64,000 bases of DNA from Callorhinchus milii (lineage: Eukaryota): positions 41,666,001 through 41,730,000 of the forward strand of contig NW_024704742.1 in the NCBI RefSeq assembly GCF_018977255.1. Direction: 5' to 3'. Every line of letters begins with the position of its first letter. The first letter of the stretch is position 1. Position numbers and translations under genes: made by a program. The notes beneath the pieces are model-generated. The model was not told the DNA's origin and ran no database searches. It saw only the letters and a program-made list of their open reading frames with translations. This document shows positions 1 to 12,954 of this stretch, in pieces.

Positions 1-525
1 TGTTTTTCCCATAGTGATTGGTGCTGTGGGAAGCCACAGGAGTATGTTAATGAACCTTTTAACCTGGACCAGTAATAAGTCATGAATTGCAAACACCTCT
101 CAGCAGGGAGAGCTCCCAGCTGGCAAGTTTTGATTTGTTCTGTGCTTATCCAATCCATCTCTACCACATATTACATACTGATGCTGGGATGGGAGTGGTT
201 CATGCTACTAAAAAAAACATAGTATGCAAGAAAGCATGATTTTTTGATAAGTTACCACTTAAGATAAGATTAAGGGATAGATAAATATGATAATTGATGA
301 TGGGAGATGCACAAATATCAACTCTTTCATTTCATCACCCAAACCTGCAACACATCTCAGCATGAAATGCGTGAGAGCATTGCCACTGTCTTCCTGTCCA
401 CAGCTCAGGCACAAATTCCTTCCCTTTGAGCGCTGGTTCCACCAATTGGAGATGTGGTGTTTTAAGCAGCGGCGGCTTCCCTCTCTGCAGGCCAATCAAG
501 GTGGATTCCAGGCACTGGATATACG

Positions 526-854
526 AATAATAATAATAATAATAATCCTTGCATTTGATATAGCGCTTTTCACGTCGGGAGGACGTCCCAAAGCGCTTCA
601 CAGAACACACTGTAAAGTGAATTGACTGTATATTTGTGGGCGAATGCGGCAGCCAATTGCGCACAGCAATGTCCCACAAACAGTCGTAGATTGAAAATGA
701 CCAATTTAATTATTGTTTTTAGTTTTTGGAGGGATTATTATTAGGCATGTGGAGTAAGGAAACTTGCGCAAGGTTTCGCCCTCTGCCTGGAATTGAACTC
801 AGGTCTCTCGCTTGCAAAGCGAGTGCTTTAACCACTGAGCTACAGGACTCCACA
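526..854 (-). mobile_element. Full-length tRNA-Ala-derived SINE, short/young subfamily
   Basis: Minus strand: TGTGGAGTCCTGTAGCTCAGTGG (A box), anticodon arm CTCGC-TTTGCAA-GCGAG (TGC, Ala), B box GAGTTCAATTCC, Deu-like 3' body, L2-like tail, (TTA)n. Nearly identical to 12053-12380. Confidence 0.93.
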
Positions 855-1443
855 TGTTCATGTGTTCATGAACTCAGATTCCAGGAGCACCTTCCAGTAG
901 CTGTCGCCCCAAGCCTCAGAGATTCCTCATCAGTTATCTGGCAGGCATCTGCCTTCAGTGTGGTGGGAGGACCTTTACAGGACAGCTTGTGACGTGCCAG
1001 CCTCTTCTCGAGGTCCAAGGTCCAATGAATTTCCAATTTTGCAGCTTTGGCAGTTTACAAAGCCCAATGATCTATCATGGTTTTAGCCTTCAAATACAAA
1101 TTAAAAATTTAAATCCATTTAAGAATTTTCCAAATTTCTGCACAATCATCTTACATTTTGAGACATTGTTCTTACTCTAATCTAATCTAGAACAATTAAT
1201 TCATGAGTCATTTTGGGCCTCTGAAGTATTTATTTATTATGATTATTTATTTTATTATTATTAACCTGCATTTTAAGTGTTTGGATTGAACCCGATTCAA
1301 GCACATGGTGGATTAAATTGAACTGGCCTAAAATAAATTAGGTTCTGAATTTAGTTCTGCCATCGTATGGATAGAGAGTGTTCCTCAATATTTCTGGATT
1401 AGATATTACTGTCTGGAACCAGCTTTGAATCACATAAGCTACA

Positions 1444-1766
1444 GGAGTCCTCTAGTTTACTGGTTAGAGCACTCGCCTCACAAGTGAGAGATCTGGTTTC
1501 GATTCCCAGCAGGGCGAAACCTTGGGAAAGTTTCCTTACTCCACATGCCTGATAATAATCCCTCAAGAAAAAAACAATAATAAAATTGTTCACTTCAATC
1601 CACGACTGTTTGTGTGACACTGCTGTGCGCAATTGACTGCCACAGTTTACCCACAAATATACAGTCAATTCACTTTACAATATATTCTATGAAGCGCTTT
1701 GAGATGTCTAGAAGACGTGAAAAGCACTTTATCATATGTGAGGATTATTATTTATTATTATTATTA
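1444..1766 (+). mobile_element. tRNA-Ala-derived SINE, short subfamily
   Basis: GGAGTCC...GGTTAGAGCACTCGCC...GGTTTCGATTCCC head, body CTGTTTGTG..ACACTGCTGTGCGCAATTG, (TTA)n tail. Confidence 0.9.
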
Positions 1767-1789
1767 CATCCTGTCTATGCTAGTAAGCG

Positions 1790-2130
1790 TCACACTGGCT
1801 CAGCTGGCAGCATTTTTGTCTCTGGATCAAAAGGTTGTGGGTTCAGGTCCTATTTGGGGGATTTTGAACTCGTACTCCAGGCTGACATTCCAGTGCTGTA
1901 CTGGAGAAGTGTTTAATTGTAGGAGAATCTGTCTGTCTGGGTAAAGATACCATGACATGATTTGTAAAGAGAAAATAGTTTCTCCTGGTGTCCTGGCCAA
2001 CAATCTTTCAGATGAAATTGACTTTTCATTTCATGGCTGTTTGTGTAACATTGCTGTGCATAAATTGCCTATACTGACAGTCACTAGACTTCATAGGAAA
2101 CTGAGTGAAACACGTTGAGACATTTTAGAC
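1790..2130 (+). mobile_element. Old Deu-domain (SacSINE1-like) SINE
   Basis: tRNA-like head (GGCTCAGCTGGCAGC...GGGTTCAGGTCC), then GTTTCTCCTGGTGTCCTGGCCAAC and GCTGTTTGTG..ACATTGCTGTGC shared with other copies here. Confidence 0.7.
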
Positions 2131-2224
2131 TTATGGCTGCCAAATGAACTGCAACAATTCTTATTATTGTCCCAACAAGAAGGAGTTGAAGCTGTTTTTA
2201 GTTGCAAATAAAGAATAAAGCACT

Positions 2225-2420
2225 CCAACCTAGAGTGCTTCTAATTCTCTCGGGCCATCACTTTGTTCAAGGCACGTCTCAAAGCTTACCCTTTTGACCG
2301 TGCTTTTGGTTATCTTTCCCCTCCTCACACCCTTCAGCTCCCACCTTCATCCAGCATTGTCATACATTTTGAAACGTCCCTCTGGTGTGAAAGACTTTTA
2401 ACAAGTATAAATTACCTTGT
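2225..2420 (+). mobile_element. L2 LINE 3' fragment
   Basis: FKARLKAYPFDRAF matches the L2 ORF2 C-terminus at 7600-7640; degenerate tail GAAACGTCCCTCTGGTGTGAAAG. Confidence 0.75.
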
Positions 2421-3489
2421 AGAGGTTGCCAATTGCTACAGTTCACCTCCATGGGAACAAGAATACAGCAAGAAGAAAAAAGCTGTCTCTGCTATTAGGT
2501 TTGTTATGACATATATGCAAAAAAAAACATTCCATTACATTTGATGAAGGAAGTTATTGGTGAATAGACCAATTTCAAATGATTATTGTAAATATCCCTG
2601 CAAGGGGAGGATGGACATTTTCTGCACTTTCCATTCTTTAAATGATAAATTGATACAGTGGCACCAGTAAGAAAATACACAGTAAGAAAATTCATTTTGT
2701 GCTTGGTCAGTTACAAAGTATGGTTTATTTTCTAAGAGTGGTGCCAAAACTGACTCTATTCTGTATTTGATATAGATATATAACTGAGGGACTTCAAGAC
2801 CTATACTTCCCTCTTGTGGTTAAATATAACATTTCATTGTAATGCAACTGAAACGATTCCACTTGTGCTGAACCCTAGTAATAATAATAATAATAATAGT
2901 AAACACAACACATAACACCTGTGTTTCTGAAACATGCCAAAAGCATTGACAGAAGAAGTGGTGGTGAAAATTTTGCTAACATACTTAGACTCATATTTAG
3001 ACTGACGGGTTGGATAGTTGTTTATGTTATCATGTTATTCACTTTGACACTAAAGCAAACCCTATTATTTTGGTAATTAAGTGCCAGTGCTACTTTTATG
3101 CTGTAGAAGTGAAGCTGCTTTGCTCCTAGCAGGTACGGTGATAAAGATTAGTAACTGGGTTGTGTGTCCAACTCTATATCTCTGTATATTGAAACCAAAC
3201 AAAAATGGACACTGAAATCATATGTTTTTTTGTTCCTCTTGTTCAATAGTGAATTTGTTGGAACACTGAATTGGCTTTGGGTCTTTATTTGTTAATTTTC
3301 TAGTTTTTCTCCTCCCCTAGGAGGGGATTGAGTCCGCAGCGCCAAGTATAGGAATATATTGTGAGGGAGATGGAGAAGGGGGTTTCTCCCTGAAGCAGTG
3401 GGGCTCTTTCGACACCTTTTGTATGTATATATGTTTCTTATGTATATAGGTCCTGTGACCAATTCTTTAAAGCAGACCTAAAAACCCAC

Positions 3490-3930
3490 AGTAGCAATAA
3501 TAACCTTTACATTTGATTAAGCACCTTTCATGCTGAGAGGATATCTCAAAGCTTCACAGGATTTATTATAGAGTGTAATGACTGTGTATTTTGTATGCAA
3601 ATGCAACAGTTACACTTGAGCACTACAATGTCCCTTAAACAACCACAAAGTGATTAATTTTATTTTGGATGTTGTCGACCAGGACACTGGGAGAATCTCT
3701 CATCTCTTTTTTGAAATAGTGTCATGGGATCTTTAACGTCCAAACTGAACAGACAGGTGAGACCTCAGTTTAATGTTTCATCCAAATGAGCGCTCTGTCA
3801 ATGCAGTGCTCCCCCAGCTGTGTGCAGGAGTGTCAGCCTAACCTGTGTGTCCTGACATGGAGCTTGAGCCTGAAACTCTCTGACTTAGAGACGCAAAAGA
3901 GTGTTGCCAACTGATCCAGGCTGACATCTT
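3490..3930 (-). mobile_element. Old Deu-domain SINE
   Basis: Reverse copy: tail near 3500, GTCATGGGATCTTTAACGTCC and CTCAGTTTAATGTTTCATCCAAA core, head near 3900-3928. Confidence 0.75.
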
Positions 3931-4134
3931 GGTGTTAGGGTAGTATTAGGTACTCTTGAACTAGAATTAGATTCAATTATTAAAAATATATAATTTTAAA
4001 ACTTTCATAAAGTTGTTCATTTTCAGTTTAAAAACTGTGTTTTTGAGCATGACTTGGAAACGCTGCAGTTATTGCTCATTAATAAGAATATGCTGGAAGA
4101 TAGGGATATCATCAGAGTGAATGTGGGACACTCA

Positions 4135-4430
4135 TGGAGTCCTGTAGCTCAGTGGTTAGAGCACTCGCCTCGCAAGCAAGGGGACCTGGGTTTGATTCCC
4201 GGCAGGGTGAAACCTTGGGCAAGTTTCCTTACTCCACACGCCTAATTAATCCCTCAAGAAAAAAACAATAATAAATTGGTCACTTCAATCCACGACTGTT
4301 TGTGGGACACTGCTGTGCACAATTGGCTGCCGCGTTTTGCCACAAATTTACAGTATGTTCTGTGAAGCGCTTTGAGACGTCTAGAAGACGTGAAAAGCGC
4401 TATATCAAATGCAAGGATTATTATTATTAT
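4135..4430 (+). mobile_element. Full-length tRNA-Ala-derived SINE, short subfamily
   Basis: GGAGTCCTGTAGCTCAGTGGTTAGAGCACTCGCCTCGCAAGCAAG head, B box GGTTTGATTCCC, tail AAGCGCTTTGAGACGTCTAGAAGACGTGAAAAGCGCT, (TTA)n. Confidence 0.93.
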
Positions 4431-5239
4431 TTCTGTTATTATTTGATCTTTAAATTTACAACAATAACACCAACACTCTGATGGGAGAAAGACCTGGAAT
4501 AAGAACAGTTTCCACTGTTTCACTCTTACAGAGATGACTCAATGGAGTGACTTATAAATAAAATGCCATTAGCATTGTCTGTGGTAATTGAAATTTCGGG
4601 TCTTAATTTTACTCTCTTAGGTTTAAAAGAGTTCTGCGTTTGAAGCTGTGTGATTTAACTAGAAATGGGGATAGTACAAAGCTTTGAAGTAATAATTAGT
4701 TTAATGTATGACACACTTTGAAGTTATATTTGCTTGAAATGTCTTGTGAGTTAATTAGTAAATATCTTCAAAGACTCATGTTACAAATACACAAAATAGA
4801 GTGTGAAGATTAAACAATTAAAATCAGTCTCATTCAGAAGAATAGTGCATTGCACATTGTTAGGTGCTGCTACCTCGCTACCCCGCATGAAGCATAAATG
4901 CGAGTTGTTGTTGTTGTACATCAGACCCATTGGGTAAATTGGGTAATTTTATGATGAAGTAGTTTATCAAATTCTTGTCTTGTATTATTGTGTTCTACGA
5001 GGTTGTCTTGTTAGTTTTGTTTTAAATGTTTTGAAATTCTGATGCTTATTTAATTATTCTGTTAGTTAGAAACCTATATTTTGTTCTATTTTAATTGACT
5101 GTGGGAAGTTGGCTTTTTGCCTTCAGTGAAGAGTTAATGGAGCTCACAAACAATAGAGGGACTATTGGTGCTAGTACAGCTAATAATAATAATACTATTC
5201 CTTGCATTTGGTCTAGCGCCTTCCATGTCTAAAGAGTAT

Positions 5240-5345
5240 CGGCTTGGCTGAAATGGCCTGCTGACACTCATTGCTAAGACTCACACATGAATAATGGTCA
5301 CTTGGCCAAGGTACCTGAAGGCAACTAGTACCTGTGGAACTTGTT
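5240..5345 (+). mobile_element. Fragment of a second, old SINE-like family (name not assigned)
   Basis: GCCTGCTGACACTCATTG..AGACTCACACATGAATAATGGTCACTTGG recurs at 18950-19150 and 57640-57830, and inverted at 37850-38430 and 61830-61985. Confidence 0.6.
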
Positions 5346-5399
5346 AAGTGTCAGTTACTATCTAACCTTTTAATTCTTCTCATTATTTTATATTAACTT

Positions 5400-5605
5400 T
5401 TTCTGCTCTAAGGAATACAACCCCTGTCTACCCAGCCTTTCATCATTGCCAAGCTCCTTTAGATCAAATATTAATATAGTGAACAGTCATTGGACATCCT
5501 CCAAGGCTAATATATGCTTCTGAAGATATGATGCACAAAACTGAACACAATAATTCAAATGAGGTCTAACCAGCCCTCGATATAACGAGAGAAGCACCTC
5601 ATTAC
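5400..5605 (-). pseudogene. CR1 LINE ORF2 C-terminal fragment
   Basis: Minus strand translates EVLLSLYRGLVRPHLNYCVQFCASYLQKHILALEDVQ*, the CR1 LYKxLVRPHLEYCVQFW motif. Confidence 0.85.
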
Positions 5606-6397
5606 CCTGATATTATGCTGCCTTCCTTCATTACATTAGGTGTGTCTGCTACATAATGAATAGTTTAAAAATAATTCAAACAAATATCATTTGGTTTTAT
5701 AAAAGACTTCTTATTATAAAAAATAAATGTCCAGGCACTGAGTTCAAGGCACTAATTTTACTCTCAGCCTCTGATGTTAATACCACCATCAGAACTGTTC
5801 AATTAAATTGCTGCCGTGTAATTTACTGGCTCCTCAACATTCTCTTACATTAGCCATCAATACCATTTTACCTGAGTTGTTCTGTTCTAGCAAGAAAGTG
5901 ATAGTTGAATGATAAATTTCTCCCAAGAAATTCTCCCAAGAAAAGCGTTCCGTCCGGGAGTCTACTCCGCGTGATGGGCACTATATAAATGCAAGTTGTT
6001 GTTAATGTTCTTGCTGCAGTCCTGATTCTACTGCAGCAAGAACATCAAACTTACCAACTCAGAGCCGATTCTCCTTTCAGTTCAGATTAACTTACATTAA
6101 TACAAACACGACGTGTAAATGAAAAACACTTTCAGGGTTTTCAACATCGGCACCATGAAGAAATACACAAAAGAAGCTGCTAAATAACAGTGCATTGTTA
6201 TACTAGTTACAGATTATGATGGATTGACACATGTTATAAACTATGAGATTTGCTCTCTTATGTTAAAAAAAACAGGTACGACTGTTCTTGAATGATATGG
6301 AATTTAATACATGCCTGGTCAAGCAATGAGCATTTGATGGTATTTCCTTTAAAAAGCCCTGTAAATAAGCACTATATTGTGTGGTGTAACCTATATT

Positions 6398-7790
6398 CTT
6401 TCTTTCCTGCCATGCCCTCTTTGAACCCCTCCAATCTGGCTTCCATGCTGCCCGCAGCACGGAAACAGCCCTGGTCAAAGTCACTAATGACATTCTGAAC
6501 ATCTGTGATCATGGCACCCTCTGCCTCCTTGTCCTCCTCGACCTCTCTGTCGTCTTCGATACCGTCGACCACTCCATCCTCATACACCGCCTCTCCGCTT
6601 TACTCAATCTTCACGGACCTGCCCTTGCCTGGTTTGATTCCTATCTCTCTCACCGTCTCCACTTTGTTGCCTCAAACGGTTTCTCCTCCAGCCCCCGCAC
6701 TGTCATGTCTGGCGTCCCCCAGGGCTCTGTCTTTGGCCCTCTCCTCTTTAATATCTACATGCTCCCCCTTGGTGACATGATCCGCAGACATGGGGTCAAC
6801 TTCCATATGTATACGGAAGTCACCCAACTCTGTCTTTCTGCCTCCACCCTCAACTCCAGGACCACTGGTGTCCTGACAGACTGTCTGTCAGACATCAAGT
6901 CCTGGATGAGGGCAAATTTCCTACAGTTGAATGTGAACAAGACTGAGACCCTCCTGATTGGCTCACGCCAGCGCCTCAGCACCTCAGGCTCTGGCAACCT
7001 CCATGGTTGCACATTACAACTCACCATAGCCAGTCAGGAACCTGGGTGTCTTGTTTGACCCTCAACTGTCTTTTCTTCCCCACATCCAAGCCATGACCCA
7101 CTCTGCCTTCCCTCACCTCCGTAACATCGCCCGACTCTGCCACTAACCACTAACTCACTCCTCAGGCCGCTGAAATTCTTGTTGATGCCTTCATCACCTC
7201 CAGGCTTGACTATGCAAACGCCCTGCTTGTCGGCCTTCCCAACTCCTCCCTCCACAGGCTGCAGATAATCCAGAACTCTGTCCTCTCCCGTACCGAACTC
7301 CATGAACCCACCTCCCCCATTCTTGCCCGACTGCATTGGCTCCCTATCCTTCAGAAGATCCAGTTCAAGATCCTGATCCTCACATACAAAGCCCTCCATG
7401 GCCTCGCCCCACCCTACCTCTGGGACCTCCTAACCCCTTACAAACCCGCCCATTCCCTCCGCTCAGCCGGCTCTGGCCTGCTCCATGTCCCCCGACCCAC
7501 CTACCCACCATTGGCGGGGGAGCTTTCAGCCACTCTGCCCCCAACCTCTGGAATTCCACCCCCCAATCACTCCACCTCGCCCCCTCCTTAGCCTCCTTCA
7601 AGTCCCGCCTCAAGACCCTCCTCTTCGACCATGCCATCAGCCACCCCCCTTTCTCTCCCCTCCCTTCTCCCCCCCCCCCCAGACCCCAGCTCGGGTCTGA
7701 AATGCTGTACACTGTCCAGCATCTTGGGACGTCCTCCCGACGTGAAAGGAACTATACAAATGTAATCTTGTTATTGTTGTTGTTGTTGTA
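6398..7790 (+). mobile_element. 5'-truncated L2 LINE (RT domain to 3' tail), frameshifted
   Basis: RT motifs STETALVKVTNDI, LDLS..FDTVDH, GVPQGSVFGPLLF, decayed YADD (YTEV); tail GGGACGTCCTCCCGACGTGAAAGG plus (TTG)n. Confidence 0.95.
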
Positions 7791-8426
7791 TATTGTCTTG
7801 CCACCAAAACATCACACTCCACTTATTTTTCTAACATCAACTTGAGGAAGTGTGGAACTTTAAAGCTAAACTAAGTAATAATTCTTGTGTTTGATCCTTC
7901 TGGCCTCAATTTAGAATCCATCTGAATATGGTAAGGTGCAGAATTTGGAACCTAACGGCCTGCCTTTCACATTGGGAGGATATCTTGAAGCACTTCACAG
8001 GATTCACTGTAAAGTGCATTGTCTGTATGTCTTTGTAGGCAAACACGGCCAATGTGCACACTGCAATGTCCCACAAACAACCATGAAGCGAATGACCAAT
8101 GCTGCGACTGATGATTTATTTCATCGTCCACCTTTTAATGATTTTTTTTGCCTTGATTTTACTCCAATTTTATTGTGGCTTATTCTCTGCATGACTTTTG
8201 GTCTGTCTCTTTCGCATGTTCACCTGCAGAATGCACAGTCACTACACTTTATAGTATATGCTGTGAAGTACTTTAAGACATCCTCCAGGCATAAAAGGTG
8301 CTATATCAAGAAGAAAGATTATTATTTTTAAATTATAGGTACTTAACTTAAATTGAGTATTTAAACAATCATTTTGCCAAATGCCACAAAATACTTTCAA
8401 TACTGTTGTAAGTTTGAAGAAGGATA

Positions 8427-8602
8427 ATGATAATAATAATAATCCTTGCATTTGCATAGCAGTATACAGAATATACTGCAAAGTGAATTGACTGTATATT
8501 TGTGGGTGAAACACGGCAACCAATTGCACAGAGCAGTGTCCCACAAACAGTTGTGGATTGAAGTAACCCATTTATTATTGTTTTTTTTCTTGAGGGATTA
8601 TA
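8427..8602 (-). mobile_element. 5'-truncated tRNA-Ala SINE with internal deletion
   Basis: (AAT)n CCTTGCATTTG tail and body GTCCCACAAACAG; no head. Confidence 0.85.
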
Positions 8603-9127
8603 ATTAGCTGTAAAGGAAGTCACAGAAGGAAAGCATAGTTAAGAAAATTCACTGAAATTACTATACGCCTAAAAGTCTCCTTGATTTGAACAGTAGCTTA
8701 CTCACATCGGTTAATGAAAAGCCAGCTCACTAAAAAGGGGAGGGGGGGAATTTTATTTTTTGTTTTAATTTCATGAGTACAATCCATAAAGAAACACTAC
8801 TTTGGAAATACTGTATACTCTATTTTGGTTGTTGAACATGATTCTTTACCAGCAGTGTGGTTGATCTGAAATAATGAGGAGTAGCAATCAAAGGTTCAAC
8901 GATGTGTCCCTTCATATGATTTCATAACGGTTTCCATTTTCTGAAGAAAGCAATTTACATTCAAACGATGTATTACTGCCCCAATTACACTGCAAGAGCA
9001 CAAATTTGTATGATCAATTACAAAACAGATACAATTCAAAATGATTTATGATTTTCAAAAAATATTTATTTATATTTATGATTTGATATTTCATAGAGGT
9101 ATGTAAATAATAATAAATAAATAGGTT

Positions 9128-9136
9128 ATGTATGTA

Positions 9137-9168
<32 letters not shown>
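9128..9168. repeat. (TATG)/(TG)n microsatellite
   Basis: Directly visible tandem repeat. Confidence 0.9.
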
Positions 9169-9356
9169 GGTTAAACTAGGGAGTGAAATAATATGAGCTG
9201 TGAAATCCCAGTCCCAAACTCAGGAAAATGGAGACAACTTGCAGACCTGTAGTGGTTGCTAAATAAAGCTCCTAAGTAATGGACAACAATCACTATTATA
9301 TTTTATTTTGTCATTATCGTTTAACCATTACATCTACATCACATTTAAAACACTCA

Positions 9357-9662
9357 AGGTGACATTCTTGGCAACGGTGTTGGAATCGAGCCAGCTCTCT
9401 GTGCTGGCCTCGGCAGTCCGCTTCCTGAGCCAGGCGGGTCTGCAGTACTCCAGGACAGCCAGCCTGGCTCATTGCCAGGACCTGGAAGGGTAGTACCAGT
9501 CACTGAGAGGAAGGAACTCTTCCCACTCAGTAACTGTTATCCCTGCAAGCCAAAGCCCTAAAGGGTAGGGTTGCCATAGCTGGATAAGCAGAGGGAAAGC
9601 TCTGAATGGCAAGCTATGCATTCTTAGCTGGTTAGATTCCAGCAGTACCCCAACGTACACCT
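9357..9662 (+). mobile_element. Unclassified ~530-bp interspersed repeat (family X), 5' part
   Basis: TTGGCAACGGTGTTGGAATCGAGCCAGC...GCCAGCCTGGCTCAT...CCCTGCAAGCCAAAGCCCTAA matches 47200-47520. Confidence 0.85.
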
Positions 9663-10949
9663 AGAAAATACTGCACCAAATACAAGGATTATTGAGTCTT
9701 TGAGAAATAGGTAAATTCCAAAAAATTAAACTCACGTGTCAAATATATTGAGCAATTCAAATTAAATTACACAAGGGATCTAATTTGTAGTCTTTTTATT
9801 AACAGGATTATTCAATACGGAGGCCCTTAAGAAATATTGCAAATTTGACTCCAATGCGTGGAATAATCCATGATAAATCATTTTTAGTTTTAGTTGGTGG
9901 TGTCTGCCAAAACACTTCTCTATTAATAGCATGGCAACCTAAAAGGGTGTTTTATTTTTGGTTTTCCCATTACTGGGGCATATATGGAGTATTATGGTTA
10001 AAATGATGTTTGTTTTTCTTGTCCTTGGCCTGTTCTCTCTGCACTTGACCTAACCTTCAAAATCTCAGTCAGAAGAATACCACTCTGAGCCTCTTTTTAT
10101 TGGTTGTGAATGACAGATTTTTAATGACATCACTCGTGGGAAAATATTCATTCAGAGACAGCTGAATTAGTCAAGGATACAATAACCTAAAGCTATTCAA
10201 TAAAAGACATTCATTTAGAATTGTATTCACAAATTCTTGAAGGCTTTAACGCTTTTGCTCCACAGAGAGGCTAGCCGTGCGCTGACATTGACAAATGTAT
10301 GGAAAATATTTAATTAGTGCAAAGTTACATTTCCCACAGAGTCTGCCTGTCATACTTAAAGGGGAGAGCCATATCGCCAGTAGATTAAAGTATTATCTTA
10401 AAATATAAACTTGCTATAAGGCCACCTCACTGTAGGGGAGAAATTCCAGCTTACCCTTAGATTACTTTATTCACATAGCATTTTTCAGGGCATCCAGAAT
10501 TTGGCAAATTGTGGAATTTACTCTTAATTTTGAAGCCACTTTACTGTAGGCATTAAACAAAACTTACAAAAAGGCAGCTTTAGATTTAATGCTCCAGCTA
10601 AGAATTTGCGAAAGTCTTGACACTGAAATGCTATATAAATAAAATACAGTTATTCACATGTTAACTCTCCCCATCTGTTCATAAATACTAACACATTTAC
10701 CCTGGAATAAGATGATGACAAAAAAATGNTTTTTTTGCCTCACAGGGTGATATATTTTGGGATGTTACATTTGAATGTGTCTTATATTGTAATTTGATAC
10801 AAGGCTACTCAGTTTAAAGGGATACCCTCTTCATGAAAATAAGTTCTGTATTCATCGAATGTGATGCATTGACATAAGAAATAATGTCAATACCAATCAC
10901 CTTGCAATTTGTGTTCGGCTTATTTATTACCAAATTGATACCAGGCTCA

Positions 10950-11480
10950 ATTCCCTTCCCAAACTGGACGAATATTTGCCAAACCCTTTTTCCACCGGGA
11001 GACTGCCCCTTCAAGATGAATCAATGGAACTGACTCACAACCATATCAGCAGATGCTATTAGGAAATCTCAAAAAAAAATTCACTCTCAGGATAAATAAG
11101 ACAGTGGATCTCAAACCAAGCCAATCTAATGAAAGCCTGGGCTGTTGGGCCTATTTTGGTCTTAAAATGCATTTTCTTGCTATTTGAGAGAAATCTCTCA
11201 ACTTCCTCTTCATGTTGTGTAATACTAAGATCTTGTGAGATTTTATTCTCATGCATAACTAGTTCATTCACACCAGATTGTCAGTGTTGCTTCCACATCA
11301 GTATATTGACTCCCTCAAAATGAGGGTCAGTGCTTCACTGTTCTCCTCCCCGGTCTCTTTAAATACCCTAGGATACAGTTTAACTGTCTCAGGGGATTTA
11401 TTGAATTTCCTCTTGAGCCTACAAAGCACCTTTGCATTGCTAAAGCTCTCGTCCCGGAGCTCAAATGACATGAGTTAAAT
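10950..11480 (-). pseudogene. Highly decayed CR1 ORF2 (RT N-terminal) fragment
   Basis: Minus strand near 11310-11400 gives KSPETVKLYPRVFKETGEENSEALTLILRES, resembling CR1 KSPGPDGIHPRVLKE..EEIAEALT.IF. Confidence 0.65.
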
Positions 11481-11714
11481 ATTGAACACAATGTTTTTAA
11501 GTGTTTTTCTCTGATAAAAAAAACCTATTAAGTTATTTAATATACTTTGCTACATCCAGTTCATTCTTATTTTCAAATCCCTTTGAGTCCCCTCAGGTTT
11601 CAGCATTTTCTCTGAAGTTTTCATCTTGTAATATTCTTAGAAGATATTTTTGGTGTTAGGTTTAGCATCTGCTACACTATCACTTTCCTGTTCTTTTGTC
11701 ACCCTAGTGCTGTC

Positions 11715-11968
11715 CGGGCAGACTTTAAAGATCCCATGGCACTATTCAAAAAGAGAAGGGAATTTATCCCATTTTCTTGGCCAACAATCCCCCAAAATGA
11801 AATTAGTTGTTCACTTCATGGCTGTTTGTGGGACATTTTTGTGCAAATTGACTGCCACATTCGCCCACAAAATACATACAGTCACACCACTTTATATCCT
11901 GTTAAGTGCTTTGAGATGTCTCGTTGATGTGACTATATCGAATGCAAGGACTACAATTATTATTAAAT
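11715..11968 (+). mobile_element. 5'-truncated Deu-domain SINE
   Basis: AAAGATCCCATGGCACTATTCAAAAAGAG...GCTGTTTGTGGGACATT...AATGCAAGGA tail. Confidence 0.8.
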
Positions 11969-12052
11969 AGCTTGCTTACATCATCTCAGCATTCTAGGAT
12001 CTCCTGGATAATATCCTACCTCAATTATTTTGTCTTCAAAGGAAAACATGAT

Positions 12053-12380
12053 CAATAACAATAATAATAATCCTTGCATTTGATATAGCGCTTTTCATGT
12101 CGGGAGGACGTCCCAAAGCGCTTCACAGAACACACTGTAAAGTGAATTGACTGTATATTTGTGGGCGAACATGGCAGCCAATTGCGCACAGCAATGTCCC
12201 ACAAACAGTCGTAGATTGAAAATGACCAATTTATTATTGTTTTTGGTTTTGGAGGGATTATTATTAGGCTCTGTGTGGAGTAAGGAAACTTGCCCAAGGT
12301 TTCGCCCTCTGCCTGGAATTGAACTCAGGTCTCTCACTTGCAAAGCGAGTGCTCTAACCACTGAGCTACAGGACTCCACA
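12053..12380 (-). mobile_element. Full-length tRNA-Ala-derived SINE, short/young subfamily
   Basis: Shares diagnostic positions with 526-854 (CTCCC tail loop, TGC anticodon, ACAGAACACACTG); few differences by eye. Confidence 0.93.
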
Positions 12381-12954
12381 AGTCCACAATGTTCTTTAAG
12401 TGTACAGAATTTGGCTGTCTTAATTCTGAAGTTGTTTTTCTGTACATTATTTTTAAAGGACTACAAAACCTGAAGAGAGAGAATGACCAATGGTTTGAAT
12501 GACAATATTCCTCTAATATGATGATTGCAGCCAAAATACTGCACATCCTACCCTTTCCAACTTAATTACACCTTTATTTTCCGAGCAAGACATAGTAAAT
12601 TTCATGTTGTGAAATGTTACACTGCGTGCAATGAGTTATCAATGATGCGACTCAGAAGAAACGCTTTAAATTCGATTTATTTTCTGTGTAAAAGATGCTT
12701 GTCATTTTACACATTCAGTGGCTTTTGCAGTTCTGCAATATTCTCAAACCGGAAGTGGAGAAAAGACAGAGGAAACCACCCCCAAAACAGTGTCAAACAT
12801 AGAAAACAAAATGCTGGCTTCAAAATGTTTTTCATAGACCTTGGGGATCATATTATCCCCTCCCCTGAGTGTTTTTAAGATTTTTTTACAAATTCTAATT
12901 CATTTTGCATTGTGTGGTTTCACTGATTTGGCTGACAAATATTTGATGTATTTG

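Noticed and set aside
287..992. Overlapping 78-114-aa ORFs
   Set aside because: Mostly translations of a SINE, with (AAT)n giving poly-Ile/Tyr; the same peptides recur at other SINE copies.
4135..4210. tRNA-Ala gene (also heads near 780-854 and 12305-12380)
   Set aside because: No closing acceptor stem or Pol III terminator; continues directly into a SINE body and tail.
10720..10737. A7/T8 palindrome around an N
   Set aside because: Contains an ambiguous base (10729) beside homopolymers; probably a sequencing or assembly artefact, like the N at 26595.
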